This document shows, piece after piece, positions 12,420 to 24,430 of a stretch of DNA of 46,419 nucleotides. The notes beneath the pieces were generated by a model. That model did no database searches. It saw only the letters and a list, made by a program, of their open reading frames with translations, and had not been told where the DNA came from. Position 1 is the first letter of the stretch. The number at the start of each line of letters is the position of its first letter. The stretch covers positions 8,332,704-8,379,122 of the forward strand of contig NC_057728.1 in the NCBI RefSeq assembly GCF_004010195.1, read 5' to 3'. Made by a program: the position numbers and the translations under genes. This DNA is from Chiloscyllium plagiosum. Lineage: Eukaryota.

Positions 12420-13116
12420 TAACAGTCAGTAGATAGGAAACAACCCAGAACCATCCAAGTGATTTCAGCTCTCTTCCAACAACCGTGGATTCAAGAATAA
12501 TATTTGATGTAGATGATTATGTCAATCTTTGATAATTGAAGCATTCGTGTGTGGTGACTGGAAAAGACTCCCAAGATCCTAGAAAAGGCTCACAGACTGG
12601 GCTTTGAGCTGGAACAGAGTGGATGTGGATGGTGCATTAACATTGCTGCGAAGTATAGAGACTCTACAGTTAGAGCTGACTGCGTGGATTTAATGAATAA
12701 GACAACAAGCATTACAATTTCATTCAGACCTGTCTTAAATCATTGCACAAAGCTAAGATATACTTTCTCTTTTAAGCCCCTGATTACAGTTGCTTCCTGA
12801 TTATAATCCCAGGCAGCAATCAGCATACTGCGAGCCCCTGACATACTGCTGAGGTCATTGTGCAAGTGTTGTCATCTGCCCCATGAGGAGGGCACTGTCC
12901 AGTATGTGCAGATTTCTCTTTCCTCTGTCTATTCCTTTATTTGACTCTCTGCTTTCCTGTTAACTCCTGTGCAATGCATACATTTCCTGTTAACGCCTTC
13001 TTAAAGTAATTGGATTGAACCTGGGTTCTCCATTAAGCCATATATTTATGGTTCTGTGTGCTGAGAATTCTGTTATTCAGCCTTAATGTAAGGCTCTTGT
13101 TAGTTTATTCATGAAA

Positions 13117-13722
13117 GGGAGGCGGTTTGTGGTATTATCGTTGGACTGTTAATCCAGGGGCTCAGGTTCGAATCCCACCAAGGTCGATGGTGGAATTCGA
13201 ATTCAATGAAAGAAAATACACGGGTGGCACGGTGGCTCAGTGGTTTGCACTGCTGCCACACAGCACCAGAGTCCCAGGTTTGATTCCAGCCTCAGGCAAC
13301 TGTCTGTGTGGAGTTTGCACATTCTCCCCGTGTCTGTATGGGTTTCTTTCAGGTGCTCCGGTTTTGTCTCTCAGTCCAAAGCTGTGCAGGCTAGGTGAAT
13401 TGGCCAGTTAAATTGCCCATAGTATTCAGGGGTTTGTAGCTTAGGTGCATTAGTCATGGGAAATGTAGAGTAATAGGATAGGAGAATGGATGTGGGTATG
13501 GTACTCTTCAGAGGGTCAAAGTGGACTTGTTGGGCCAAATAGCCTGTTTTTACACTGTAGGGATTCTATGAAAGTCTGGAATTAAGAGTCCAATGATAAT
13601 CGTTGTTGATTTTTGGAAAGACCCATCTGTTTCGCAAATGTCCTTTAGGGCCATCCTTACCTACATGTAACTCCAGATGCTCAGCAATGCTCAGCAATAA
13701 ATGCCCATCCTGTGAATGAACA
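13117..13722 (+). mobile_element. tRNA-derived SINE interrupted by an HE1 SINE
   Basis: Box B GGTTCGAATCCC near 13165; body resumes after 13571 (ctggaattaagagtc...cccatctgtttc...aataaatgc). Confidence 0.6.
13222..13571 (+). mobile_element. Full-length HE1/V-SINE (tRNA-derived)
   Basis: Box A TGGCTCAGTGG, box B GGTTTGATTCC, V-domain, LINE-like tail ctgtagggattctatga. Confidence 0.9.
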
Positions 13723-13899
13723 GGAAAAATCCCCATTAACCACTAACTTGTGTAATTCAAAATAAGAACAGAGTTGAAAGAGCTGGACAAAAGCCTTCTT
13801 TTCTGTGGAACACTCTAAAATCAACATTCCCAGCTCCAGCCCAGAGCAATTTGGGAGCATGAATCCTGAAAAGCTAACATCCAAGTTCAGTGGATAATA

Positions 13900-14522
13900 G
13901 GGAAGACAAATGGATTGTTGCTTTTATATTCAAAGGGAATGGAGTCTCAAAATAAGGGAAGCGTTCCAAAAATTGTACAAGGCAAAATTAAACCATGTCT
14001 GGAATAAACAGTCCAAAGTCCTGTTATCTGAGGAAAGATATACTCGCATTGCAGGCAGTCCAGAGAAAGTTCGCTAGGCTGATCCCAAAAAGGAAAGATT
14101 CCATTATGAGGGGTGTTTGTGCAGGTTCGGGTTATAACCATTGGAATTTAAAAGAATGGAAGGAGACCTTGTTGAAACGTTTAAGATTCCTCAGGGACTT
14201 GACTTGAGTACATGAATACAGGTCATTCTCCCTTGTGGGAGAGTTTAGGACTAGAGTTAGGATGGAGATGTGAAGGAGTTTCTTCTTTCAGAGTGTAATT
14301 AATCTGTGGAATTCTTTATCACAGAGAGCTGTCGAGGCTGTGTTACTGAGTATATTCAGGCTGAGAGAAACTGATGTTTAATCAATAAGGAAATTGAGGT
14401 GATGCAGAAAAGACAGAAAAGTGGGTTTGAGGATTATTAGATTAGCCGCGACTTCATTGAATGATAGAGCAGATTGGACGAGCTGAATGGCCCGCTTTGG
14501 CCTTTGTAGCTTATGGTCTTAA
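13900..14522 (+). mobile_element. Degenerate CR1 3' region
   Basis: YLRKDILALQAVQRKFARLIP; CR1-type 3' UTR ending ttatggtctta. Confidence 0.75.
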
Positions 14523-15624
14523 GGTCGTATTCTGGAATGGACAAGCCTGGTGTTGTGGAAGCCTATTGGCTAGCTTAGCCCACTGTGGAGAATTTCCAGT
14601 CATCAATCCCTGGACTTCTCAACTTCCCCGTGTTCTAGTGAATTTTAGACCTGCCCAACTGACCTCTTTAGGTAAATGTTTAAATTTTTTTCCAAACCTA
14701 AGGCAAACCTTAAGTTTTGTTTTCTTCGTCTGTTCTCAGTGTCTGTTTGTGGTGCCTTTGAGAATATTTCTGATCATTGGTAAACAGTATGCTGGGTAAG
14801 TTATTTGGAACAAGTGTCACATTTACAATAATACTATCTGGACATTGATTTTCTGTTCCATTGCTCTTCGTGTCTCTGGTAGTATCTACAACATGGCAGT
14901 TAAAGTCTGACAGGAATCGAGTGTCGTGATTACAGTCAGTACGTGATATTTGTAGGAGTTCTAATACATTACAGATAAGGTGTAGTAACAATATGTTTCT
15001 ACAATTTAAGCTCCTGCCTGAACACAATGGAGTTTTAATTCTCAACTGAAGGAGGGGAAACAGCAAACTTGGTTTGAGGACGATACACAAAATCATTTTT
15101 GTTTCAGTATTGGAAGTGAATGAACCTGAAGCTAGTTTGAGTGTTTGTGACACTTGATGCAATTAAAATGAAGCAGTCTTAGTTTTGGTAATTTACCCCT
15201 ATTCTGAGGAGACCATGCATCCACATTCCAAATCTACAGGCTGAGAGGTAATTCCCTGTCCCGTCTGTCTGTCTAAGCGTTCTGCTCCCTTTGATCTCGA
15301 CAGAAGGGAGAAAACCAGGTTAAAACCTGTAGAGTAAGCACCGTTTCCATGTTTGGATGTTTCTGGAGCTTTACTGTTTCTCTTCTGGGTACGAACTAAT
15401 TTTCTGAATATTTTCTGTTCTTTATTAAATGTTTAAATGTGGCTAGTTTACAAACTGTGTGGGAAGGTTGTTAGTTTGCTGTATTGGACTTGGTGGGAAA
15501 GGGAAGTGCAATTATCTTTAGTCAATCACAATCATTTCGCGGTTCTTTGCGCAACCGTTTGCACACAAGTCATCAGGATTTCAGTCCCCCAGGGAAACTG
15601 CTGCACCTGCAGAACTAAAGAAAA

Positions 15625-15790
15625 GAAAGACTTGGGTTTAAAGGGTGCCTTTCACCACTTTAGAACACCCTGAAGCACTTCAATACCAATGAGTTAGCTG
15701 AGAGGTGTTGTCTCTGTTATAATGTTGGGAAGATGGAAGCCAATTTATGCACAAGCGAGCCACAGTTGACATGAGTGAAAGGTGCTTTGG
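15625..15790 (-). mobile_element. DeuSINE/AmnSINE-like 3' fragment
   Basis: gtgcctttcaccac...aagcacttcaataccaatgag...gccaatttatgcaca; reverse complement of the tail at 24300-24430. Confidence 0.45.
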
Positions 15791-16137
15791 ACTTCCCATG
15801 GCAGCAAAAGATGGTGTACTCATTTTACCAACAGAGAGATTCCTTTCAGATGCCACTTCTAGAAAGTACATAATGCATTGACGTCATATTTTGAATATAC
15901 GTCATTGTAGGATGGATGCAGTGTAGGAAAGTGATTCTTGCTTTACATGACCTGGTTGTGCCTAATCCTGATGTCAAGCATGAAACATCGAGCTGTGTTC
16001 AATTGAACTCACACTGATGTCTAGGGGCACAGGTGTTTGGAAAACTATGTTTTTTTCCTGGGCAAGTTGGGACTGGGATGTCCATTCTTTGCCAAGCCCT
16101 GTGTTAATCACAATGGAATGTTTTCTTCCCCCTACAG

Positions 16138-16344
16138 ATGACCTCACCTATCGGTGGCTTCTGAATGAATTCCCCAGATTCATCATGTCTGGCAGACGCC
16201 GTTTTGTCTCCCAGACCACCGGGAATCTGTACATTGCGAAGGTGGAAGAGAGTGACATGGGCAACTACTCCTGCATTGTCACCAGCCCGTCCATTTCCAA
16301 AAGTGTTTTCAGCAAGTACATCCCCCTCATCCCTCAGACAGCCG
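16138..16344 (+). CDS. CNTN1: Contactin exon, Ig2: [69 protein letters not shown]
   Basis: cctacag acceptor, G|gtgaga donor; 207 nt; contactin motifs YRWLLNEFP and [12 protein letters not shown]; [17 protein letters not shown] is CNTN1-like. Confidence 0.95.
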
Positions 16345-17789
16345 GTGAGAATTTTTGGTTTTGTGCCACTCCTCTCTGAATTACTTTGTTTTTTGAGGGA
16401 ATGGAAAGAAATCATGTAATTATCAGATGAGATTTATCTAAGGGCATTACAAGATGTTGTGAGGCAAACATGGAAAGCATTCTGTACAGATCCTGTAACA
16501 TTCTGCGTATAACCATCAGACTGCAGGAATGCATTTGTAAAGATATTTATACATATGAAATGTGAATAATATGAATGTGAGAGAGTCACTGAGGAGTACG
16601 GTATGGACTTGAAATAAAGCAAAGAGAATGCAAAATTTACTACCTCAGGGAGTGTGTGAAGCAAATGACTCAGATGCACGAAAGGGGAAACTGGATAAGT
16701 CTTTGAGGGAGAAGGGAATAGACATTAATGATGGTAAACTTAAATCAGGAATGATCAGAGGCAATGGAGTAGATCATAAACACTGGCATGGGCTGTTTTG
16801 ATTGTGCCATGTTTCCTGTCTAATGTAACCACCTAGCTGGGCATTATTTGTTCTCCTTAACTATGGACATGCACTCCTGATTGCACAGTTTGTCAGATCT
16901 TGTCTGACACTGGCTGGAGATTGATGGTATTTTAACCACGGAATATGGAAGTTGTTCGATTTCCCAGCAATCCTGGCTTTCTCCCAGAGCACCTCCATTG
17001 CTGAACTTGTGCAGAAGGAGTTTGGGGTGGGGGAGAGCCTGTGGCATCTCATCACGTTGTGAGGCGAGTGCTAACTTTTCAAGCGTGGGTCCAGAACAGA
17101 TCATGTGGAGGTATAGCAGAATCCAGCTTTGCCCTGTGTGCAAACCAGCGGGCAGGGCTTACCAACCAACAATCTGGAGAAAGCGCAACCCCCTAGTTAC
17201 CGGGCGGTGAAACCATTTGTGGTATCCAGCTGTAGTCATTAGTTCAGAGCACCAACTCAGTGTAGCCACCATTGTGGAAACACTTTTCACTAAAGCAGAC
17301 CAGGTGCAGAGTGCAGATTTGTGCAGGTTCACCTGAACGGGAACAGTTTGCAGTTGCTGATGTGTCCCAGTTGAAAAGGGGTCCGATTGAAGGTGGGCCT
17401 TTCAAATCTCAATTACCTGACAGATGCGCAGCTTGCAGTGGGAGTAACAACCAGAAATAGGAACCCTGCCATTCGTTTGCATTAATCCCTGCCCTTGCTT
17501 ATCAGATGACACTGAGGCCAATTGTACTGTACTAATCTGTGCCAGTGGATATAACCGGAATTGTGCCAGTGTTGCCTACCAACTACTTAGCTCAACTTGG
17601 GATGTCAGCAGAGAATGTGCTAAACCTTTACTTGCAGTTGTTTGGAAATGGTGAGTGAAAGTCAGGCTGGTAAAAGCACCCCCAGTGGTTTCGTTTCTCC
17701 TGTGGTTCATCTTACTCTGGTAGTACCTGTGACCAGACAGTCACGAGCAGCTTTAGTAATGTTTCTTGTACTGTTTGATTAAATTTCAG

Positions 17790-17889
17790 GTGTGGTGAAA
17801 AGATATCCTGCTGACATCAAAGTCAGGTTCACTGACACCCAAGTCCTGGTGGGTCAGAACCTCACCCTGGAATGCTTCGCACTTGGAAA
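17790..17889 (+). CDS. CNTN1: Contactin exon, start of Ig3: GVVKRYPADIKVRFTDTQVLVGQNLTLECFALG(N)
   Basis: tttcag acceptor, AA|gtaagt donor; 100 nt, phase 1/2; YPADI and LECFALGN motifs. Confidence 0.95.
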
Positions 17890-19084
17890 GTAAGTACAAG
17901 GAGTAAGATAATAAGTTTCAAATGTCGTGGTCTTCTTTCGAGAAGAGTTATTTTTCTGCACTTTCAGATATTAATGAAACATTGGATCGGTACAGAGGGA
18001 GGCCCTTGAGTCTGTTCTGCTATTCAGTTTGATCATGGCTGAATTGTACCCCATCAACATTTATCTGCTTTATTCCATATCCTGAAATGCCCTTACAACA
18101 TCAAGTAAGCTATTTCAGTCTTGGAGTTCCAGCTGACCCAAAATTTGCAATCTTTTGTGAAGCAAATGCTATATTTATACCAAGTCGTCAGTGATAAATC
18201 AGGTAGTGGTTTCTGATTTACTGCTTCCTGCCTGGGTGCTTTAATTTGATGATTAATGCCCTCGGTCAGATTTCCTCAAAGTAGCTTCTTTGACTCTTCT
18301 CTGTTGAATAATGCTGTAAATGTTAGATCTAAGTCTGGAACAGATCTCTCGATGTCCTACACTAAAAGGGGCACACAGCAAGTTGAAGCAACCCTAAAAG
18401 CTTATTTCGTGACCTTTCTTTACTTCCATTCTGTCTATGACATGACTTATAACCCATTACCTCGGTCAGCAGTTTTTGGGTGTGAACCTCATAAGTCTCA
18501 TCAGAGAAGGAATGTACTCGCCCATCCAGTCTGTTCCCCCAATCTCTGTTGGCCAGCCCTTCAGCTGTGGGGGTTATTGGAGGTCACTGAAATACCAAAA
18601 CATTTCTCGCTGGGGAATCTGGGTAATGATCAGGAGCAGGGGCCTACTCTATTCTCCCGACACGCTGCCCAGTATTTGGGGTGTTGAGATTTAATACACA
18701 GCACTGGCTGAGATTACCTGACATAGAGCAAAATGTATAAATTGTACCCCATCATCATTATGGTTTCAATCTTCATGAAGCCACGCTTTGCAATTCCCAG
18801 CTCACTCTTATCTCCTCAGTACCGAGCATTCTGGAAACATTGCCATTTACACCAAAGTGAATTTTGGGGATGTGTTTTTGTACTCGCCTGACTCTGAAGT
18901 GTCGCTGGGATAAGAAACTTACTCGAGTTGAATTAGTCTCAACAAAAGGGAGTAATGCACCATATATGTGATTGCTAAGCTTCATCTCTCATGGTCTGCG
19001 TTGACTCAATCCACGGCTGGCGTTATATTTTCTGATTTGAGTTATGTTCCATTGTCATTATGTACAAACCTGATCTCTTACTTA

Positions 19085-19592
19085 TCCTTCTTCCCATCTC
19101 TCTCCCTCCTCTTCTCTCACATGTGCTCTCTCTGTCTCGCTTGCTCGCTCTAACACTTCCCTTCTCTCCCTCCCCCACTCTGTCTTGTCTCTCTCCCCAC
19201 CTCTCTTTCACACTTCCCCGCACTCCCTTTCCCTTTCATCCCTTGCTCTTTGCACTCTCTCTCTTGTCCCATCACTCTCTCACACATTCTCTCTTTTCTC
19301 ATTGTCTCTCTCACCCTTTTCCTCACCTCTGCGTATCTCTTTTTTCCCTTCAAATTCTCCCTCTTACCCCTTTCTTTCGCTCTGTCTCACTATCATACTC
19401 AATTTCTCTCTCATACTCTCTGTCTCTCCCAATCCCACACTGTCTCTGTATCTCTCTCTCTCTGTCTGTCTCTCTCTCTCTCTCTAACTCTCTCTATTTC
19501 TAACTCTCCCTCTGCCTCTCCGTCTCCCTCTGTCCATCCCTATCCAAACCCTTCACTTCTCCTTTCTTTATCTCCCGTCTTCCCTTCTCCTC
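19085..19592 (+). repeat. ~500-nt CT-rich low-complexity/(CT)n tract
   Basis: Strongly pyrimidine-biased, with (CT)n runs, directly upstream of the 19595 acceptor. Confidence 0.9.
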
Positions 19593-19594
19593 AG

Positions 19595-19776
19595 CCCAAT
19601 TCCTCAGATCCGTTGGTGGAAGCAGGAGGGAAGTTTGCCGAGCAGTGCTGAGCTGCTCACCTACAACTCGGTGCTAAGACTAACCAACATCCAGCCTGAG
19701 GATGAAGGCACTTACGTGTGTGAAGCAGAGAACTCTAAAGCAACAGATCGGGTTGAGGGATGGCTCACTGTACACG
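19595..19776 (+). CDS. CNTN1: Contactin exon, Ig3: PIPQIRWWKQEGSLPSSAELLTYNSVLRLTNIQPEDEGTYVCEAENSKATDRVEGWLTVH
   Basis: ctcctcag acceptor, G|gtaagg donor; 182 nt, phase 2/1; Ig motif DEGTYxC. Confidence 0.93.
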
Positions 19777-19949
19777 GTAAGGGAACCCTTCTGACAGTCA
19801 CAGTCATAGAGTCATAGAGATGTACAGCACAAAAACAGACCCTTCAGTCCAACTCCTCCGTGCCGACCAGATATCCTAATCTCATCCCATTTGTCAGCAC
19901 TTGGCCCATATCCCTCTAAACCCTTCCTATTCATCTCAGATGCCTTTTA

Positions 19950-21006
19950 AACAACCCCAACCTCACCATCAAATCAGTAGACAAGGGTGGGCAGCGGTGC
20001 GCAGTTGTAGTTTGGTGCACCCCGACTTCTACATCACTGAATCCACGGACAGCTCCTCCTACTGCCCACTCGATCACAACCTCACCTCCCATCACCAAAC
20101 TATCATCTCCCTGACCATCAGCTCAGGGGATTTCCTATCCACAGTCTCCAACCTCAGAGTCTGGGAAACCTGCACCGCCCGGTTCCCCCTCTTACCCAAA
20201 ATGCACAAACTGCACACCCATTCAACCCATTGTCTCCGCCTGCTCCTGCCCCACCGAAATTAATTCTGCGTACCTTGATGCCATCCTGTCCCTCTGGACC
20301 AGGATCTTCCCACATTTGTTTGAGACACCACCCACACCCTCCACCTTTTGGTTAGCTGCCCCCAGTGCCTCATCTTCAACATCCATTCACCATGACGAAG
20401 GCCTCCAAGCCTTCCATCTCTTCTTTTCACGCCAACCCAAGCAGTACCCTTCCACATGTCACCTACTGTGTCCATTGCTCTCGATTGGTCTCCTTTACAC
20501 TGGGGAGACAGGACGTCAACTTGCGGAACGTTTCAGAGAACATCTCAGGGACACACACACTAAACAATCCCACTGCCCGAACACTTCAACTCCCCCTCCC
20601 ACTCCTCCATGGAGGTCCTGGGACTTCTCCATCACCAATCCCTAACCACCCCACGTCTGGAGAAAGAACACCTTATCTTCTGCCCTGCGACCCTCCAACC
20701 ACATGGGATCAATGCTGATTTCACCGGTTTCGTCACTTTCCCTCCCCTCATCTTATACCAGATTCAATTTTCCGACTTGGCACTGCCCTTTTGAACTGTC
20801 CTACCTGTCCATCTTCCTTCTTACCTATCTGCTACACCCTCCTCTCCGACCTATCACCATCACCCCCAACTTCATCAACCGCATTCCCAGATACATTCCC
20901 ACCAGCCCCACCCCCTTCACATTTATCTCTCAGCCCCCTTGGGCCACTCCCACACTTCTGATGAAGAGCTTATGCTCGAAACATCAATTCTCCTGCTCCT
21001 CGGATG
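19950..21006 (+). mobile_element. Internally deleted Neptune-like PLE
   Basis: RFPLLPKMHK, VTYCVHCSR / LLYTGETGRQLAERFREH (GIY-YIG), LIFCPATLQPHGIN; pLTR with hammerhead at 20958. Confidence 0.85.
20954..20989 (+). ncRNA. Minimal hammerhead ribozyme motif with compensatory stem II
   Basis: CTGATGA a GAGC ttat GCTC GAAAC ATC; stem II is GAGC/GCTC versus GGGC/GCCC in other copies. Confidence 0.65.
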
Positions 21007-22926
21007 TACTCTCTATACCCTCTAGATCTGGACTCCCCCACCCCAGGGAAAAGACTTTGTCTATTTATCCTATCCGTGCCCCTCATGATTTTGTAAATCT
21101 CTATAAGGTCACCCCTCAGCCTCTGACACTCCAGGGGAAACAGCCCCAGCCTATTCAGCCTCTCCCTATAGCTCAAATCCTTCAACCCTGGCAACATCCT
21201 TGAAAATCTTTTCTGAACCCTTTCCAATTTCATAGCATGCTTCCAGAAGGAAGGAGAGCAGAACTGCACGCAATATTCCAACAGTGACCGAACCAATGTC
21301 CTGCAGAGCCGTAACATGACCTCCCATCTCCTGTACTCTATGCACTGTCCAATAATGGAAAGCATACCAAATGCTGCCTTCACTATCCTATCTACCTACG
21401 ACTCCACTTTCAAGGAGCTATGAACCTGCACTCCAGGTCTTTTTGTTCAGCAACACTCCCCAGGACCTTACCATTAAGTGTATAAGTCCTGCTAAGATTT
21501 GCTTTTGCAAAATGCAACGTCCCACCTTTATCTGAATTAAACTCTATCTGCCACTCCTTGGCCCTTTGGCCCATATGATCAAGATCCCATTGTAATCTGA
21601 GGTCATCTTTCTCACTGTACACTACACCTCCAATTTTTGTGTCATCTGCAAACTTACTAATTATACTTCCTGTGTTCACATCCGTATTATTTACGTAAAT
21701 AACGAAAAGCAGTGGACCCAGCACCGATCCTTGTGGGGCACCACTGGTCACAGGCCTCAAGTCTGAAAAGCAACCCTGCACCACCAGTCTCTTCTACCTT
21801 TGAGCCAGTTCTGTATCCAAATAGCTAGTTCTCCCTGTATTCCATGAGATCTAACCTTGTTAACCATGAGGAACCTTGTCGAATGCCTTACTGAAGTCCA
21901 TATAGATCATGTCCACCCTCTGCCCTCGTGAATCCTCTTTGTTACTTCTTCAGAAAACTCAATCAAGTTGTTGAGACTTGATTTCCCACGCACAAAGCCA
22001 TGCTGACTATCCTTAATCAGTCTTGGCCTTTCCAAATACATGTACATCCTGTCCCTCAGGATTCACTCCAACAACTTGCCTACCACCCCTGTCAGGCTCT
22101 CCAGGAAGGCTGTATTTTAGCCCTTCTGAGCCAGTTCAGCTAACCCTATCCAAATCACTGGATAGTCTCCAGCTGGTACATTGTGTCCATTTCTAGACAC
22201 TTTAAAGAGGATGTCAGGGGAGTTGCAGAGGAGGCTGGAAGTGTACCAGGATGACAGCTTTACGTAGAAACTCTAGAAAAGCTTATCCTGTTGCAAACTG
22301 TAAGGAAATTGAATAGGTTAAAATTATAATTACCTTTGAGACTAAGGAGAAAGTGTTCTCAGTGACAAGAGGATTGATAACTTGAGAATTTTCCTAATAG
22401 GATGAAGCTACAAGGGGCTTGTTTACCAGATCTAGGACAGGAGACTTCCTCTTTTTATTGCTTTGATTGCCTGTGGGTGTGGTGTGTTGTTACAGCTCCC
22501 CAATGATAGCCTCAACCTCATAGCATGAACATCACTGAGCCTTGCATCAGCCAGCAACACCATAACACGGGTCTTATGCAGCACTGGCAGTGACTCCAAC
22601 TCTGAGCCAGGAGACCCAGAGTTGTAACATCTCTGGGCAGGTTGTTTTAAAAGCATTTTAAAAGTTATTTTCAATCATTCGAGGCATGTTACAGGTCATA
22701 TGGAATCTGAATCCCGATTGCCTGGCTCAGAGATAGGGACACTACCACTGCACCACAAAAGCCTTAGACAATATTATCAGGGGAAATAAAGAGCAACAGG
22801 GTTGGGGAATGGACCTGGGTAGGATAGTTTTCGGCGCATCAGTGTGGACCTGTTCAGCCTAATGTCCTGTTTCCACACTGTAAGGAATTCTATGATATTA
22901 TCCTAAATATGTACACTGAGCAGTGA

Positions 22927-23274
22927 ATAGAATCATAGAATCCCTACAATGCAGATAGAGGCAGTTTGCTCCAGTGAGTCAGCACTGACCCTCTGAACAG
23001 CATCCGACCCAGAGACACTCCTCCACCCCCTCACCATAACCCCAAATTTCACATGGCTAATCCACCTAGCCTGCACATCCCTGGACACAGTACAGCATGA
23101 CCAGTCCACCTAACCTGCACTTCTTTTGAACTGAGAAGGGAAACTGGAGCACTCGGAGGAAACCCGCACAGTCATGGGGTGTACGCAAACTCCACACAGT
23201 CACCCAAAGGTGGAATCGAACCCAGGTCCTTGGTGCTGTGAGGCCGCAGTTGCTAACCACTGAGCCACCGTGCC
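22927..23274 (-). mobile_element. Full-length HE1/V-SINE
   Basis: Reverse complement of box A (ccactgagcca), box B (ggaatcgaaccc), V-domain and tail catagaatccctaca. Confidence 0.88.
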
Positions 23275-23859
23275 AGTAGGTGAGTTGTTAGCTCCAGCCC
23301 TATTGAGCTGTTAAGCTCACCATTTGAATTCAGTCATTGAGAGCCCACGAGTATCGTCAGAGACTTGGAACCAGTCTTCAGACACTTCCATATGTGTGAA
23401 CTGTGTTCATGATATCAGGCCAGAAGGAAAATTTCCTTTTACTTTGTTCAATTTCCATGGGGACTTAGGAGAGATGGGAGTGCTTTCCTCTGTCCGAGGA
23501 GGCAGATTTACTTTTCAGCCAAGCCTCCTCTTTGATGATGAGGCTACTGTCATCTCTCTGAAGGCCATTTGTTTCTGCCACTGGCAGAGGTCTCTTGCTA
23601 CCAAGATTGCAACCAACATGGTGAAGACTGACTGACTGACTTTTATATTTATAAAAGTCTAATCAACCTGTTTCGAAGATGTTGTTACACATGTTTGGAG
23701 CCAGTGGGACTTGAACCTGGTTCTCCTGCAAGAGTCCTCTAAATAGACTCTGAATGGGCTGAAACCAGCAATGATTCTTTTAATCATTGATCAGAAATTC
23801 AACCTGCTGTCCATTGTGCAACAGATCCATATCTGGCTGTACTGTTGTGGACCAGTCCT

Positions 23860-24430
23860 CTGGCTAAGTCATGCCCTGAGCACTAACCTGGGGCCTAACA
23901 ATCCACTGCAGAGGTGCTGCACTGTGAGCAATGCTGTCTTTCAGATGAAATGCTAAGCTGACACTCCAGTGTTCCCTTTTAGGCGGATGTAAAACATTTT
24001 AAATCATAGATCATAGAATCCCTACAGTATGGACACAGGCCATTTGGCTCAACAAGTTCACACCGGCCCTCTGAAGATTATCCCACCCAGACCCATTCCC
24101 CTACCCTATTCTTCTACATTTACCCCTGACTAGTGCACCTAGCCTACACATCCCTGAACACTATGGGCAATTTAGCACGGCCAATTCAGCTAACAACTTA
24201 GGCCCTTTTTTGCCTCGCTGGGTGTTTTGGTCAGTATTTAACCCTCAGTTACCACACAAAAGCTGACTTGTTTGGCCAACGTCGGAAAGCTATTTTGTTG
24301 GAACATGCCGTGAGTGTGTGGACTGCTGTATTTCCTACAGAATAACATGGAATACCTTTCAAAATCACTTTATTGACAACAAAGCACTTTGATACCCCTT
24401 GAGGTTGTCAAAGGTGCTACAAGAACACTA
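23860..24430 (+). mobile_element. DeuSINE (AmnSINE1/SacSINE1-like) with an HE1 3' fragment inserted at ~24003-24195 (-)
   Basis: gtgctgcactgt...tgtctttcagatga...aggcggatgtaaaa resembles the Deu domain; L2-like tail aaagcactttg...gaggttgtcaaaggtgcta. Confidence 0.55.

Larger units (their letters stand above)
19800..22100 (-). mobile_element. CR1 LINE (HER1-like), interrupted by a PLE at ~19950-21006
   Basis: 3' tail at 19800-19950; RT motifs [38 protein letters not shown] in 21007-21800; same family as 6268-7445. Confidence 0.9.

Noticed and set aside
13222-13300. tRNA-like box A/B sequences (also 5424, 13150, 23200, 34680, 37300)
   Set aside because: SINE heads that continue into SINE bodies; no cloverleaf or T-run terminator supports tRNA genes.
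19023-19651. Several Leu/Ser-rich or Arg/Glu-rich ORFs
   Set aside because: Translation of the CT microsatellite.
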